A stretch of DNA of 64,000 nt from a virus (Duplodnaviria; Caudoviricetes): the IMG/VR virus record IMGVR_UViG_3300031555_003626, positions 96,001 to 160,000 of that record, one strand, 5' to 3'. The notes under the pieces were generated by a model. It had not been told where the DNA came from. It made no database searches and saw only the letters and a list, made by a program, of their open reading frames with translations. The first letter of the stretch is position 1; each line of letters begins with the position of its first letter. Of the stretch, positions 1 to 10,707 are shown in pieces. A program made the translations under genes and the position numbers.

Positions 1-16
1 AAATAATTTCGAAAAC

Positions 17-62
17 TTCGGTTGTTTTGTCAGTTTACAAATCGGCCTTTTTGTGATATAAT
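17..62 (+). promoter_or_regulatory. sigma-A-type early promoter (class Ia)
   Basis: TTTACA 34-39, 17-bp spacer, TGn-TATAAT 57-62; upstream TTCG..TTTGTCAG motif shared with four other promoters. Confidence 0.8.
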
Positions 63-107
63 AATATATGTAAGAAAAACACAATACATATTTCGGAGGA
101 AAAGAAT

Positions 108-404
108 ATGGAAAAACTTTATATTGTTTGTTGGGGCTCTGCTGGACAGGACGATGATGGAAACTCTAAGGCTTTTTGCGGAGTTCATGGAGTTTATACT
201 TCTAAGTCTGACGCTCTCAAAGGTCTTGTAGAGTGTAAGGATGTTTGCTATGACGAGGTTGTTCAGTCTGACGACCCTGAAGAGCTTGAGTACAACAAGT
301 CTCGTACCCGAGTATATGGCTCTGAAGCTGAAGAGTACTTCGAGATTGATTACGACTTCGCGGACATAACTAACGAACTTTATATCACTATTTCTGAACA
401 GTAA
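108..404 (+). CDS. hypothetical protein
   Basis: GGAGG RBS, downstream of promoter. Confidence 0.8.
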   Translation: MEKLYIVCWGSAGQDDDGNSKAFCGVHGVYTSKSDALKGLVECKDVCYDEVVQSDDPEELEYNKSRTRVYGSEAEEYFEIDYDFADITNELYITISEQ

Positions 405-421
405 TTTAGGAGGAATACATA

Positions 422-1150
422 ATGTTTTACCAGACCGGCATTGATATTACAAACGATAAGCAGATGTTCAATTTTCTTAAGGACCACTTCCGTTATGCAA
501 CTATGAACTCTTGGAACGGAGTTTATTCTATTGCAAACAACGTAAAGGTACATAGACTCAACCTCAGCGGAGACTGCTGGACTGCTCTTAGTCTTCTTGA
601 CAACGGAGAGTATGATACCCTTAACTGGATGATCAAAGATTGGGAGAGGGAGCATCCCGGTTATGTCGTCGGCTTCAACGGAAGAAGCGGCGGTTATCTT
701 GTTCTTTATAATGCAGATAACCGTGGTGATGTTCTTCCTTGCTCTATAACTGATAATGATGATTATTCTCAATATAAAGAATGGTGTCGTTATTACGGAT
801 ATACAGTAAAAGAAAATCGTTTTGAGCTTCAGATGTTCACTAAGCTTGTAAGAGACTTCGATAGACTCTGTGATGACCTTAGAGCTTATGTAGATGAGCT
901 TTCTCAACTTAAGTTCGAAGTTGTTGAGATGGAAAAGTCGGTAGAAGATTTCAATGATACTTATGCTGAGGACCTTGTATACCTCGGCTTCAGCGAACTT
1001 GAAATGACTGACGCAGGCGAAGTAGACGTTTCTGAAATTTACCAACTGCAAAGCCTTGCTGAAGCTTTTCAGAGACTTGCTGACAGAACAGATACAGGTT
1101 ATCGACTTGCCTGCGATGATGAAATGAAAGTAAAGCTTGAACGGATTTAA
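422..1150 (+). CDS. hypothetical protein
   Basis: 242-aa ORF, AGGAGG RBS. Confidence 0.85.
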   Translation: MFYQTGIDITNDKQMFNFLKDHFRYATMNSWNGVYSIANNVKVHRLNLSGDCWTALSLLDNGEYDTLNWMIKDWEREHPGYVVGFNGRSGGYLVLYNADNRGDVLPCSITDNDDYSQYKEWCRYYGYTVKENRFELQMFTKLVRDFDRLCDDLRAYVDELSQLKFEVVEMEKSVEDFNDTYAEDLVYLGFSELEMTDAGEVDVSEIYQLQSLAEAFQRLADRTDTGYRLACDDEMKVKLERI

Positions 1151-1207
1151 TTTACATATTAACTTAAACTACGACTAGATAAAAATTTGACAGGAGATAT
1201 ACTTGCT

Positions 1208-2065
1208 ATGCTACAAGAAACAAAAAGAGACCTGATAGATTATGCAAGAAAACTTAGCCAACCTTACGAGACTTATACTATCGACGAACTTGCCGACGCT
1301 TACTGCGATGCCTGTGATACTAACAATGAAACGCTTAAAGATATTTATATCTCGGCACTTATACTTCGTTTCTGGTACACTATTGATAAGATGTATAGAG
1401 CGAATACTGTAGCACCCTGCCTTGAGTACGAAGATTTCTTCTGGTGGCTCTACGAGGCAATCGAGTACGCTTGTAAGTACCGAGGCTGGAGAGATACAAC
1501 TAAGAAGCTTAATGCTCAACAGTGCATAAATAAGTGCATCGAGACCATAAAGCTTCAGAAGTATTATGACCTCAGACTTGATAAGAAGAAGGCAGTAAAC
1601 TTTTGTACGAGTTTGGATACGCCTATCTGCGGTGATTCTGATGATGAGGCAAAGACTCTCGGTGATATGCTTGAGGATGAAGATAGCTGCTATGATTCTA
1701 GCACTGACGATGCTATTACGCTCGTGCAGAGCTACATAAACCGTAATAAGATCATCGAAGCAATCCTGATTGACAACATAGCTTTTAATGATGTGCAAAA
1801 GCATTTTAAGAAAACTATAAAGACTACAAACGCTGACGGCGAGACTTACAGATATACCGAACACAGTTCTGAGTTCTGGCCCTATAAGCTGGTTCAGATA
1901 GTAAGTAAGCTTCCTGCTTCTTATAAGAAGTCTTTTAAGTCGCGTTACACTATCTCTGATGAAAAGCTTAATGCCGTTTTTGATGTAATAGATAAAGCTA
2001 ATAATCAGAAGCTTTATAAGTACCTGAAAAATTGTATTGCCGAGCTTAAGGTATCTTATGTATAA
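1208..2065 (+). CDS. phage RNA polymerase sigma factor (sigma-70-like)
   Basis: region-2-like EYEDFFWWLYEAIEYA; region-3.2-like SLDTPICGDSDDEAKTLGDMLED; ATG 1208 follows AGGAG. Confidence 0.7.
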   Translation: MLQETKRDLIDYARKLSQPYETYTIDELADAYCDACDTNNETLKDIYISALILRFWYTIDKMYRANTVAPCLEYEDFFWWLYEAIEYACKYRGWRDTTKKLNAQQCINKCIETIKLQKYYDLRLDKKKAVNFCTSLDTPICGDSDDEAKTLGDMLEDEDSCYDSSTDDAITLVQSYINRNKIIEAILIDNIAFNDVQKHFKKTIKTTNADGETYRYTEHSSEFWPYKLVQIVSKLPASYKKSFKSRYTISDEKLNAVFDVIDKANNQKLYKYLKNCIAELKVSYV

Positions 2066-2100
2066 AATTTTTAGGGGCTGGCCCATAACCGGTCCCTTCT

Positions 2101-2111
2101 TATTGTATAAT
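2101..2111 (+). promoter_or_regulatory. class II promoter motif (first of ~20 copies)
   Basis: TATTGTATAAT. Further copies at 15861, 17151, 18223, 20663, 24434, 29036, 32172, 35423, 38699, 43661, 45934, 48106, 48865, 51529, 53068, 54017, 58449, 61532, 63143, at or near gene boundaries. Confidence 0.7.
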
Positions 2112-2145
2112 ATATTTAGAAAATGAAATTCGGAGGATTTCAAAA

Positions 2146-2847
2146 TTGTATCTTGATCTATTTGACGAACTAAGATTAAATAAAAGACTTGTAAGACTTG
2201 CCGGCTTTGAGGTCGCAGCTTACTGGGCAGAACTTCAGAGTATTCTTAAACAGGTAGTAAAGAAGCAGACCATGGATGAGAAAGGCTTCTTCCCGCTCGA
2301 TAGAGACTATGTGGAGAGGGAGACCACTCTCTCGGTTGCTAAGCAGCTTAAGTGTGATGAAAAGCTTCTGAGTCTCGGAGTGCTTCTTAAGGAACCGGAA
2401 GACCCTAATAAGATTGCTATCGCAGTAAACGGAATGGTTGCGGTAATCACAGATGAGGATACTACGAAGCTTAAGAAGTCTGGTAGAAAGACAGCAGATG
2501 ATAGAGCTGCAAAGGTCGCCGGGATCAAAGCGACTATGAAGAAAGCTATCTTAGAAGATGACCTCGAACTTCGAGCAGCTTATGAACGCTGGATCGATGG
2601 AATGATCGACGCACAGAACTGTAAGTTTACTAAAGCGGTAGTGCAGGTATTCGAGAAGACTATTACCGGATATACTACAGATAAAGCTCTGCGACTTAAG
2701 ATTATCGAGATTGCTACTACTAACAGCTATAAGGATGCTACTTGGGCAATCAATAGAATCTACAACCCCGGAAAGTTTACTCAGACAGCTGCGACTAAAC
2801 TTCCTGAGCAAAAGATTTGCACCGGTGTTTCTAATGACGTATTTTAA
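2146..2847 (+). CDS. winged-helix DNA-binding protein, replication-initiator-like N-terminus
   Basis: GFFPLDRDYVERETTLSVAKQLKCDEKLLSLGVL resembles phage initiator wHTH; TTG start after GGAGG. Confidence 0.5.
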   Translation: MYLDLFDELRLNKRLVRLAGFEVAAYWAELQSILKQVVKKQTMDEKGFFPLDRDYVERETTLSVAKQLKCDEKLLSLGVLLKEPEDPNKIAIAVNGMVAVITDEDTTKLKKSGRKTADDRAAKVAGIKATMKKAILEDDLELRAAYERWIDGMIDAQNCKFTKAVVQVFEKTITGYTTDKALRLKIIEIATTNSYKDATWAINRIYNPGKFTQTAATKLPEQKICTGVSNDVF

Positions 2848-2860
2848 GGAGGACCTACTT

Positions 2861-3151
2861 ATGCCACCCAGAAAAAGAGAAGAATATATTTCGATAAAGC
2901 CTTGCCCTATTTGCGGAGAAGCACCTGAAAGAATTACCACAGACCTTAGACGACCTAATGGAGGTGGTTACCCCGGGCACTACCTTTATCGCTATGAGTG
3001 CCAGTGCTGTAAGCTACTTAAAGCAGAGGATACTGATGACATCTATCGCTCTAAAGAAGAAGCAATCAATAGAGCGAAGACCGACTGGAATACTAAGGTA
3101 GCTGAGGTTCAGGAGTACCTTTCTCGTCTTTACGTTCTGAAAACAATGTAA
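2861..3151 (+). CDS. Lar-like (restriction alleviation) zinc-ribbon protein
   Basis: KPCPICG...YECQCC...EEAINRAKTDWN. Confidence 0.55.
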   Translation: MPPRKREEYISIKPCPICGEAPERITTDLRRPNGGGYPGHYLYRYECQCCKLLKAEDTDDIYRSKEEAINRAKTDWNTKVAEVQEYLSRLYVLKTM

Positions 3152-3159
3152 TTTAATTA

Positions 3160-3213
3160 TTTACAATTTCGTAATAATTTCGTAACATCCTGTTAGTATT
3201 TATACGTTATAAT
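3160..3213 (+). promoter_or_regulatory. class Ib promoter: three 11-bp-period hexamers plus TATAAT
   Basis: TTTACA-N5-GTAATA-N5-GTAACA, then TATAAT 3208-3213; same geometry at 6069, 10242, 13559, 18110. Confidence 0.65.
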
Positions 3214-3245
3214 ATATACGTAAGAAACAAACGGAGGATTTAAAA

Positions 3246-4167
3246 ATGGATAACGAACTTACTAAAATTCAGATCGTGCAGGACTTTGAAGAACTTGCTG
3301 AGCAGTATGACGGTGCAGCGAGTAACGAAAGACTTTGGGCGAAGGGTTCGCCCGATGCTGAGACTGCTCAAATGCATGAAGAAAATGCGGAGCATGCGGC
3401 TAAGATGGCAGAGATGTATCGCAGGATGGCAAAGTATCCTGAAGCTATTCTTAAACTGTTTGAGGAGGACTAATTATGCCGACTATTACCGGAATTACTT
3501 CTCGTGATCTGCACCGCGAGCTTCTCTACGAAGGTTATACTTCGAAAGTAGAGTGCACGAACTTCTGGGACTCTCACGGTAAGAGAATAGAGTACGAACC
3601 TACTCAGCATAAGTTCGACTCTCTGAAGAAGTTCGAAATTTGGAAAGTTGTCGGCGAGACTCATTATTCCACTCTTGACTACGTACATCAGTGGGAATAC
3701 TGGAAACTCTACATCGACGGCGAGCAACTTGACGTTGGTGAGATTATGAGCTATAAGGTGCTCAAAACAAAAATTAAACTTGATGTCTGTGTTGGTGCAG
3801 GCTAATTAACAATTAACAAATAGTACGGAGGACACATTTACAAATGATAAGATCAGAATTTTACGGACTTACTTCTGGAGACTGGAAGTGCACACACGTT
3901 GGCGTAGCGTCTATTACCGGCGCGTATAAGAAAAAGAAAGTGAACGGAAGAAGGGTAAGAAACCTTACCCCCGGACACCGGAATTACTACTACATATTCG
4001 AAAGACTCACTTCTGACGCGAAGGCAATGAAGATGATCCGACTCAATGCCCAGCAGGTCAGAAGAGTACGCGACGGTTGGTTTACCGTAGAAGAACTTGC
4101 TGATAAGAAGGCAGCGAAGCGTTCTCAGATCTTTAAGGAGAAAGTAAGCTACTGCTTCTGCGACTAA
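3246..4167 (+). other. three small hypothetical CDSs
   Basis: 3246-3473, 3476-3805, 3844-4167, each with GGAGG RBS. Confidence 0.8.
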
Positions 4168-4168
4168 T

Positions 4169-4867
4169 ATGAAAAAAGAAGAATTTCAGAAAATCATGGA
4201 TGCGCTCGCGGATCGCATAAGACTCTGCGAGCTTCATCTCGGTGATATACACACCACAGATGATCTCAGCCAACTTTCTTTGGTGAGAGCTGCTGACCTT
4301 AAAAGCTTTTGTGCAGCAGAAGAAGAGATTATGACTAAGATAGTCATGGTTGATCTCTATCACATTATCGGCATGGGACATCTTCTTCCCCCACAGATGA
4401 TGCAGTTTACTTATGCTATTCAAGAGTACCAGCAGTATCGCCCAACTATCAAAGCGATTAACAAAGGACTTGATAGTATTTTCAATCTTCCTAAGATTCC
4501 GGTAGAAACTCAGTTTAAGCTGCTCGGTCTCGGGGACCTTATCCTGACTTCTGGGGTTGGCGATCCTGTAGTAGACGACGCTTCAGTCGCGGATTACGAT
4601 CAGACAAAGCGAAATGCTCTTCTTCCTTTCGATCTTATGGGTAGACATATTATCGTAGACCTGAAGCAGTTCGATTACTTCCTTTCTCTGATGACTACTC
4701 TCTTTAAGTCTAACCTTTCTGCTGATAATCTTAGGAATAAGATGATCACCGGTAAGGAGTACCTTGGCATTGAGTGGACTTCTTATACCGGCGAGCAGGC
4801 TCACGGACTGATTAAGTCAGCAGAGTCTTTCGCAAAAATTTCTTCCTATTATAATAAAAGAGGTTAA
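4169..4867 (+). CDS. hypothetical protein
   Basis: 232-aa ORF abutting upstream gene. Confidence 0.8.
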   Translation: MKKEEFQKIMDALADRIRLCELHLGDIHTTDDLSQLSLVRAADLKSFCAAEEEIMTKIVMVDLYHIIGMGHLLPPQMMQFTYAIQEYQQYRPTIKAINKGLDSIFNLPKIPVETQFKLLGLGDLILTSGVGDPVVDDASVADYDQTKRNALLPFDLMGRHIIVDLKQFDYFLSLMTTLFKSNLSADNLRNKMITGKEYLGIEWTSYTGEQAHGLIKSAESFAKISSYYNKRG

Positions 4868-4873
4868 CTGTGC

Positions 4874-4955
4874 AAAACCGACAGAATAATACGAAAAAAT
4901 TTTTTAAATTTCGTTTGTTTTGTCGGTTTACTTTTTGCCTAAAATATGTTATAAT
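4874..4955 (+). promoter_or_regulatory. long stem-loop overlapping class Ia promoter
   Basis: AAACCGACAG...TTGTCGGTTT inverted repeat; TTTACT 4927-4932, 17 bp, TATAAT 4950-4955. Confidence 0.75.
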
Positions 4956-4997
4956 ATATATGTAAGTAAATCAAACATACTTTGGAGGAAATTAAAA

Positions 4998-5379
4998 ATG
5001 AAAAACACTGTACACGTCGTTCTTAAGAATGGAGTTATCTGGGAAGCTTATGGAGATGGCGACGTAGACCTTGTAGTCTATGACCTCGATACTGATGATC
5101 CTGATATGAAGGCTGAGGTTGAGAGGGAGCTCTCGGTAGTAAGAGCAAAAGCAGATAATCACGAAATTGAAATATTCTAAGGAGGAAGTTATTATGATTA
5201 AGGTTGAAGGTTATAAAGCATTTCACGGCACTATGAAAATCGAACCTAAGAACGGACTCTCTGCTTTCTATGTCTGTGATGTGGACTGGCTCTACAAGCC
5301 TGACACTGATTGCTTGTACGGCAACGGACAGTCTTTCCCTGCTGAAATTTGTAAAGTAGAAGCTGAGTCTGTATATTAA
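4998..5379 (+). other. two small hypothetical CDSs
   Basis: 4998-5180 and 5194-5379, starts set by RBS. Confidence 0.75.
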
Positions 5380-5415
5380 GAAATATCAAATTATTTAAGT
5401 TGGAGGAAAAACAAA

Positions 5416-6066
5416 ATGACTAGAATTAATCTTGTAAAGTACGGTTTCATCAGATTCCCTGAGGAGGATTTCTCCGACGACGGCAACAGATTTACTTGCT
5501 ATCGTTTCTCTGATACTAATAGCCACATCTCGAAGCTCGTCGCAGACGGTCAGGCTTATCTTTCCGCTCATGTCTCTGGTCAGCTTCCTTATGAAGTTTA
5601 TTCTAAGCTTCCTAATTATCAGGCAGCTACTTGGAGCTATAACGGAATCTCTGTTGCCAGTCTGACTGATGAGATGCTTCAGGATTTCTTCCGAGCTTGT
5701 GTTCAGTACGAGAAAGAATATCAGGCAGCAGAAGCTTCTATCGAGTATCCTTCTGAGTGTGAGCTTCTTGCTAAGTGCATTAGAATTCAGAATAAGCTTA
5801 TTCTGGAAATGAGCGAGCTTGAAACCTTGATGGGTGATCATGCAGTTGAAGCAGCTACTAAGTTCTCTAAGTGGGAGTGGGAGCAACTTCAGAAGTATCT
5901 TACTTATATGCTTCAGGAGCTGAGCAAGTACAAGCCTGATGCCTTTATTCCCGATGTTCTCAGAACTGCCAGAAGTATTACTTTCCTCCAGAATAAAGAA
6001 GACACTGAGCCGACTTACTGGTATAAGTCTATTAAAGAAATGTTCCAGAAGTATTCGATTATTTAA
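5416..6066 (+). CDS. hypothetical protein
   Basis: 216-aa ORF with GGAGG RBS. Confidence 0.85.
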   Translation: MTRINLVKYGFIRFPEEDFSDDGNRFTCYRFSDTNSHISKLVADGQAYLSAHVSGQLPYEVYSKLPNYQAATWSYNGISVASLTDEMLQDFFRACVQYEKEYQAAEASIEYPSECELLAKCIRIQNKLILEMSELETLMGDHAVEAATKFSKWEWEQLQKYLTYMLQELSKYKPDAFIPDVLRTARSITFLQNKEDTEPTYWYKSIKEMFQKYSII

Positions 6067-6153
6067 CGTTTACAATCTGTTCATAATTTAATAATATCTG
6101 GTTCATATTTATGTGTTATAATATATGTGTAAGAAACACTGGAGGTTATTACT

Positions 6154-6366
6154 ATGAAAATTACAAAAGCTGACATCACTAATGCAATCGCTCTGACGCC
6201 TGCTTCTCTTGACAAAGCAAACATCAGAGCGATGAGAAGTGCTTTCCTTGGGTTCTATACGCCTAAGGATGCTAACTGGTCTTGGGAACTTCATGCTATC
6301 TCAGTTGATGGTGTTCCTATGGTAGTTGCTTCTCGTTTCGGTTATATCGTCGCAGAAGGTAAGTAA
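6154..6366 (+). CDS. hypothetical protein
   Basis: GGAGG RBS; promoter -10 at 6117-6122. Confidence 0.75.
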   Translation: MKITKADITNAIALTPASLDKANIRAMRSAFLGFYTPKDANWSWELHAISVDGVPMVVASRFGYIVAEGK

Positions 6367-6381
6367 GGAGGAATACCTAAG

Positions 6382-7677
6382 ATGAAAACACTTTTTCACT
6401 TCAAAGATTTTGTTAAGGAGATCAGCGCAAATAATTCAAGAAAGTTTAAGCAGGGAGTGCTTGAGAAGTATAAGGACGACTCTGTAGTACATAGATACCT
6501 TAAGATTGCCTTTGATCCTTATGCAGTCTACGGTATTTCGACTAAGAAACTTCATAAGTCGGTTCCGGCAACTTCCATTATAGGCATCCACTCCATCTTT
6601 GAGCTTTTCACCTACCTTACGCAGTACAATACCGGCACTGATCAGATAGTAGGTCTGTGTCAGGACTTCCTTGACGGCGTAGCGGCTTGCGACAGAGAGT
6701 CTGCAGACCTTCTTGAGAAGCTTATCTGCAAGGATCTCAGTATCGGGTGCGATGCTAAGTCAATTAACTCTGTAATTCCAGGACTTATTCCTACTTTCGA
6801 CGTACAGCTCGCTCAGAAGTACTTCGATAAGCCTGAGAAGCTTGAGGGTAAGTATTTTGCTCTCACTACGAAGATCGACGGCGGTCGTATTATCGCCATA
6901 AAGGAAAATGGTCAAGTTTCGTTTTTCACTCGAGCAGGTCAGTTGTATGAGGGCCTCGTAGATCTCGAGAGGGAAATGCAGGAGAACATGCCGGACGGAA
7001 CTGTCCTTGACGGAGAGATCACTATCTTCGAGGATCGTGGTATCCCTTCTAAGGAAGCTTACAAGAGAGCGATGAAGATCACGCGTTCTGATGGAGAGAA
7101 GCATGGACTCAAGATGAAGTGCTTCGATGCGATGTATATCGATGAGTGGAAGGCTCAAAAGTCTACTCACGACTACATCGAGAGAAGAGCTTTGCTTAAT
7201 ACACTTGTTGCTCGAAAAGCTTTGATTTACTTCGAAGTTCTTCCGGAGCTTTACAGAGGAACGGATACTACTAAGGTACTTGAATTCCTCGATGAAGCAA
7301 TCGCTAATCAGGAAGAGGGAGTCATGATCAACATCTGCGATGCTCCTTATGAGTTCGGCAGAACCTGGTCGCTTATGAAGGTAAAGAAGATGAATACTCT
7401 CGACCTCGAGATAGTCGGATACGAAGAGGGATCAGGAAGACTTGCCGGTACTCTCGGAGCTATTCACGTAAGATATAAGAACGGTAATATCGTTAAAGTC
7501 GGTTCCGGTTTCTCTGATGAACTTCGTGCACTCATCTGGCTTGAGCCTTCTGACTTCATTGGTAAGATAGTTGAGATTCAGTACTTTGAGGAAACTACTA
7601 ACGCAGATGGCGGCAAGAGTCTTCGCTTCCCGGTATTCAAAGACTTCAGAACTGATAAGCTTACCCCCGACTTCTAA
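6382..7677 (+). CDS. lig: ATP-dependent DNA ligase
   Basis: motif I KIDGGR, LDGEI, FDA, EGVMI, KVK; C-terminal OB fold with VGSGF and SLRFP. Confidence 0.95.
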   Translation: MKTLFHFKDFVKEISANNSRKFKQGVLEKYKDDSVVHRYLKIAFDPYAVYGISTKKLHKSVPATSIIGIHSIFELFTYLTQYNTGTDQIVGLCQDFLDGVAACDRESADLLEKLICKDLSIGCDAKSINSVIPGLIPTFDVQLAQKYFDKPEKLEGKYFALTTKIDGGRIIAIKENGQVSFFTRAGQLYEGLVDLEREMQENMPDGTVLDGEITIFEDRGIPSKEAYKRAMKITRSDGEKHGLKMKCFDAMYIDEWKAQKSTHDYIERRALLNTLVARKALIYFEVLPELYRGTDTTKVLEFLDEAIANQEEGVMINICDAPYEFGRTWSLMKVKKMNTLDLEIVGYEEGSGRLAGTLGAIHVRYKNGNIVKVGSGFSDELRALIWLEPSDFIGKIVEIQYFEETTNADGGKSLRFPVFKDFRTDKLTPDF

Positions 7678-7700
7678 TAAAAATTAACGGGTAAATTTAA

Positions 7701-7715
7701 TGCTAAATTATTTAG
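7701..7715 (+). promoter_or_regulatory. class III (late-like) promoter motif
   Basis: TGCTAAATTATTTAG inside inverted repeat 7689-7731; other copies at 23327, 27633, 49983. Confidence 0.65.
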
Positions 7716-7758
7716 GTATTAAGTTTACCCATTTTATAAAATTAAGGAGAACATACTT

Positions 7759-8331
7759 ATGTCAACTATAGAAAATTTTGCTGAGGTTTCTGTACAAGAG
7801 CAAAGAGCTTTTGCCGATGCGCTAATAAAAACAATTAACTCGGAACATATCTTTACTGATGAAGTAGACTTCGAGATTACTAAGGTAGAAGCAGATGAAA
7901 TGTCTGGCGACCTTGCTATCGAAGTTACTCACGCAGGTGATATTGAGGTTACGCGTGCAGCGTCTTGGACAGCTGCTGATGAGGACGATGCTTATTCGGC
8001 AGATGGCGATATAGAATACGCCAACAGCCTCACGACTGACGTTGAAGATGCTTTTAAAACTAAAGAAGCCACAATTGAGGGTTACACTGTTCAGCTTGAG
8101 CTTGATGATGCTGATGAAAATGATACTATTGATACTGAGATAGATGATATTAGCTATGAAGATAGCGGTATCGGAGATTACGAATATTTCGGTTATTATG
8201 GACACGACTCTCATCCTTATGTAGAAGTTGATGGTACTCTTACTGTTGCTTGTACTTGTTATATTACTTTCTATGTAACACCCAATAGTGAAGTATCTGA
8301 GAAACCTGCTGCTGAGTCTGATGAAATTTAA
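7759..8331 (+). CDS. very acidic hypothetical protein, putatively late-expressed
   Basis: 190 aa, D/E-rich, between class III motif and terminator. Confidence 0.8.
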   Translation: MSTIENFAEVSVQEQRAFADALIKTINSEHIFTDEVDFEITKVEADEMSGDLAIEVTHAGDIEVTRAASWTAADEDDAYSADGDIEYANSLTTDVEDAFKTKEATIEGYTVQLELDDADENDTIDTEIDDISYEDSGIGDYEYFGYYGHDSHPYVEVDGTLTVACTCYITFYVTPNSEVSEKPAAESDEI

Positions 8332-8350
8332 ATAAAATACAGTAATTTAA

Positions 8351-8376
8351 AGAGCCTTAATTTCAGGGCTCTTTTT
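8351..8376 (+). terminator. intrinsic terminator
   Basis: AGAGCCTT/AGGGCTCT stem plus T run. Confidence 0.8.
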
Positions 8377-8421
8377 ATTTTATACGGATTGCATAGGAAA
8401 ACTTATAAAAATTTTTTAAAT

Positions 8422-8467
8422 TTCGTTGGTTTTGTCAGTTTACTTTTGGACAATTTCATGTTATAAT
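8422..8467 (+). promoter_or_regulatory. class Ia promoter
   Basis: TTTACT 8439-8444, 17 bp, TATAAT 8462-8467. Confidence 0.8.
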
Positions 8468-8513
8468 ATATATGTAAGTTGATTGAACAAACTAATTTTT
8501 GGAGGAACTACAA

Positions 8514-9035
8514 ATGAGAATTACAACTACTATCCCTGCAACCGACAAGAGACTTAACATCCTTAGCTCTGTCATCGGACAGATGAGCGACGGCATCTGG
8601 GAAAACACCCGCTCTATGGAAAAGTACTGGAAGAGTCTGGACTACGGCACTGACGCGAACGGCTATATTTATCTTGAGGACACCCACTACGTATGTCCGG
8701 ACGTCGTTAGCTTCTTCGCTAATAAGATTAAGCAGATCATCAAGATCGAGATTGACGACGGCGGAAACAACGGACTGATATGGGACCGCAGTTGTAGTGT
8801 ATCTCCTTATTATATGCACGGCAATGTGACTGTCGGTGATTGCTATGAGCTTTATGAGCTTCTTAAGGGCAGAAACACCGGTAAATATCACTATGCTTCT
8901 TATAGACCTTACACTGTAACCCTTTCCTACGCCGGTGTTGACTTTGATTTCGCAGTGGAAGCCCTCAATGAGTACGGTGCAAAGGAAAAAGCAAAGCAGG
9001 AGCTTTTGAAGAAGCTCACTGCTTCCGTTCGTTAA
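8514..9035 (+). CDS. hypothetical protein
   Basis: ATG after GGAGG. Confidence 0.8.
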   Translation: MRITTTIPATDKRLNILSSVIGQMSDGIWENTRSMEKYWKSLDYGTDANGYIYLEDTHYVCPDVVSFFANKIKQIIKIEIDDGGNNGLIWDRSCSVSPYYMHGNVTVGDCYELYELLKGRNTGKYHYASYRPYTVTLSYAGVDFDFAVEALNEYGAKEKAKQELLKKLTASVR

Positions 9036-9046
9036 TAATTTTAGCC

Positions 9047-9135
9047 TGCTGGCGAAATAGACAGGATTTCGTTTATAAATTTCCGAAACTTTGTCTATTT
9101 CGTCAGTTTACAAATGGGCGAAAACATGTTATAAT
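9047..9135 (+). promoter_or_regulatory. long stem-loop overlapping class Ia promoter
   Basis: CTGGCGAAATAGACAG/TTGTCTATTTCGTCAG; TTTACA 9107-9112, 17 bp, TATAAT 9130-9135. Confidence 0.8.
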
Positions 9136-9200
9136 ATAAATGTAAGTCGGAGGAAACAGACTTACAAAAAAATACATATTATACGAAAGAGGAAATTGTT

Positions 9201-10563
9201 ATGAACCTTACTAAAGTTAAAGGTTGCTATTCGAAAGAGCTCAGAGAGAACTGCAATAATATTAAGCTTATGCTTAATGAGCCGAGCGTGTCTACTGAAG
9301 AAATGATCCGTATGGTCAAAGTAATGATTATGCCTGCTTTTATTGAGGCAGACGCAAAGAGACGTTTTACAGAAAACCTTGAAGCCTGCGAAACTAAAGA
9401 AGCAGTTGATAAGCTTTGCCACGACGCTGTTATCAATGGTATGTGGTATAGACCTAAGAGAAGAGTAGTGGCCTAAGGGCTACTACTCAATATTAAGGAG
9501 GAACTTAGTTATGATGCCGACAATGACGAGAGAAGAGTTTGAAGCTATGACACTTGATGAGCTTCTCGAGTGGGCTTATGAGAACGTAGACGACCTTACT
9601 ACAGAAGATGTGCTCATTGATTTTGCAAAGAGTAAGATCGATGACAGTAGCTTTAATGTTGCTATGCACATACTCGCGGCAATCTGGGAAAGTGAAGAAG
9701 CTTACAACGATTACTATCTCTATGATTATAGTGCAGGAACGACTGCGACACCACGGCCAGTAACCTGTAAAGAAGACCTTGAAGACTATATCGATTTTGA
9801 TGAGGAGGAAGAATAATATGACAGATAGTTCTTTTGGCTGGAACATAATTAAAAGACCCGAGTTCGCAGAAGTTCGTAAAACAACTTGCAGAGCTCTTGA
9901 GCTCGCAGACGAAGGTCTTATTGACTATAAGACTCTTGCAGAGTGCGCGCTCAAATGGATGAGCGAAGACGACGTAGCAGAAATGCTTAAAGCAAATGAG
10001 ATTTATGTGGAGGACACAGAAGATGAAGAAGACTGAAAGCTTTCCTTATATTCTTAACGCAGGTAAGAAGAAAGATGACCTGTATCCTATCTGTGCCTAT
10101 AAGACTAAAGAAGACGCTATGGTAGGCGCTGTGGCGCTTAAGTCTGAAAATGTCTATAAGTACTTTGAGGTAGTTTATATGCCGGAAGATAACGACGACA
10201 TCAATGATGTTGTGTGGAAGAATTTTAAATAATTTTACATATTCACAATTCGTTTACAAATATATAATATCTACGTAGTAATTATGGGGTATAATATATT
10301 TGTAAACGAAACTTGGAGGATTACGAAAGATGAAAGTATTTAATCATATCAATGACTGCTGGGCAGCAATTTCTGAGTGTAAGACTATCGACGAAGTCAA
10401 TGATCTTATTCAGACTTTTCCTAGATGTATGGGAGAGTGGTGGATTGACACAGAAGATAGCTCTTATGTAGTTACCAATCGCTACTATGACAGTCAGCTC
10501 GAAGATTGGTTTGAAGACTCTGAAGACCTTGAAATTGAAGTTGAGGAGGACGATGAGATATGA
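9201..10563 (+). other. small, mostly acidic hypothetical CDSs
   Basis: 9201-9476, 9511-9816, 9818-10036, 10023-10232, 10330-10563. Confidence 0.75.
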
Positions 10564-10707
10564 CTAAACGTTTCTTTAAGATGGTTGCTAGAAACGGATA
10601 CTGCAGCTATTTTGAGTATGTTCCTGAAAAAGGTTGTGAGTTTCCTGTACTCTCAGTATTTAATCCCGCAGATTATGAAATTTATGAAGTTACGGAGGAA
10701 GAATATA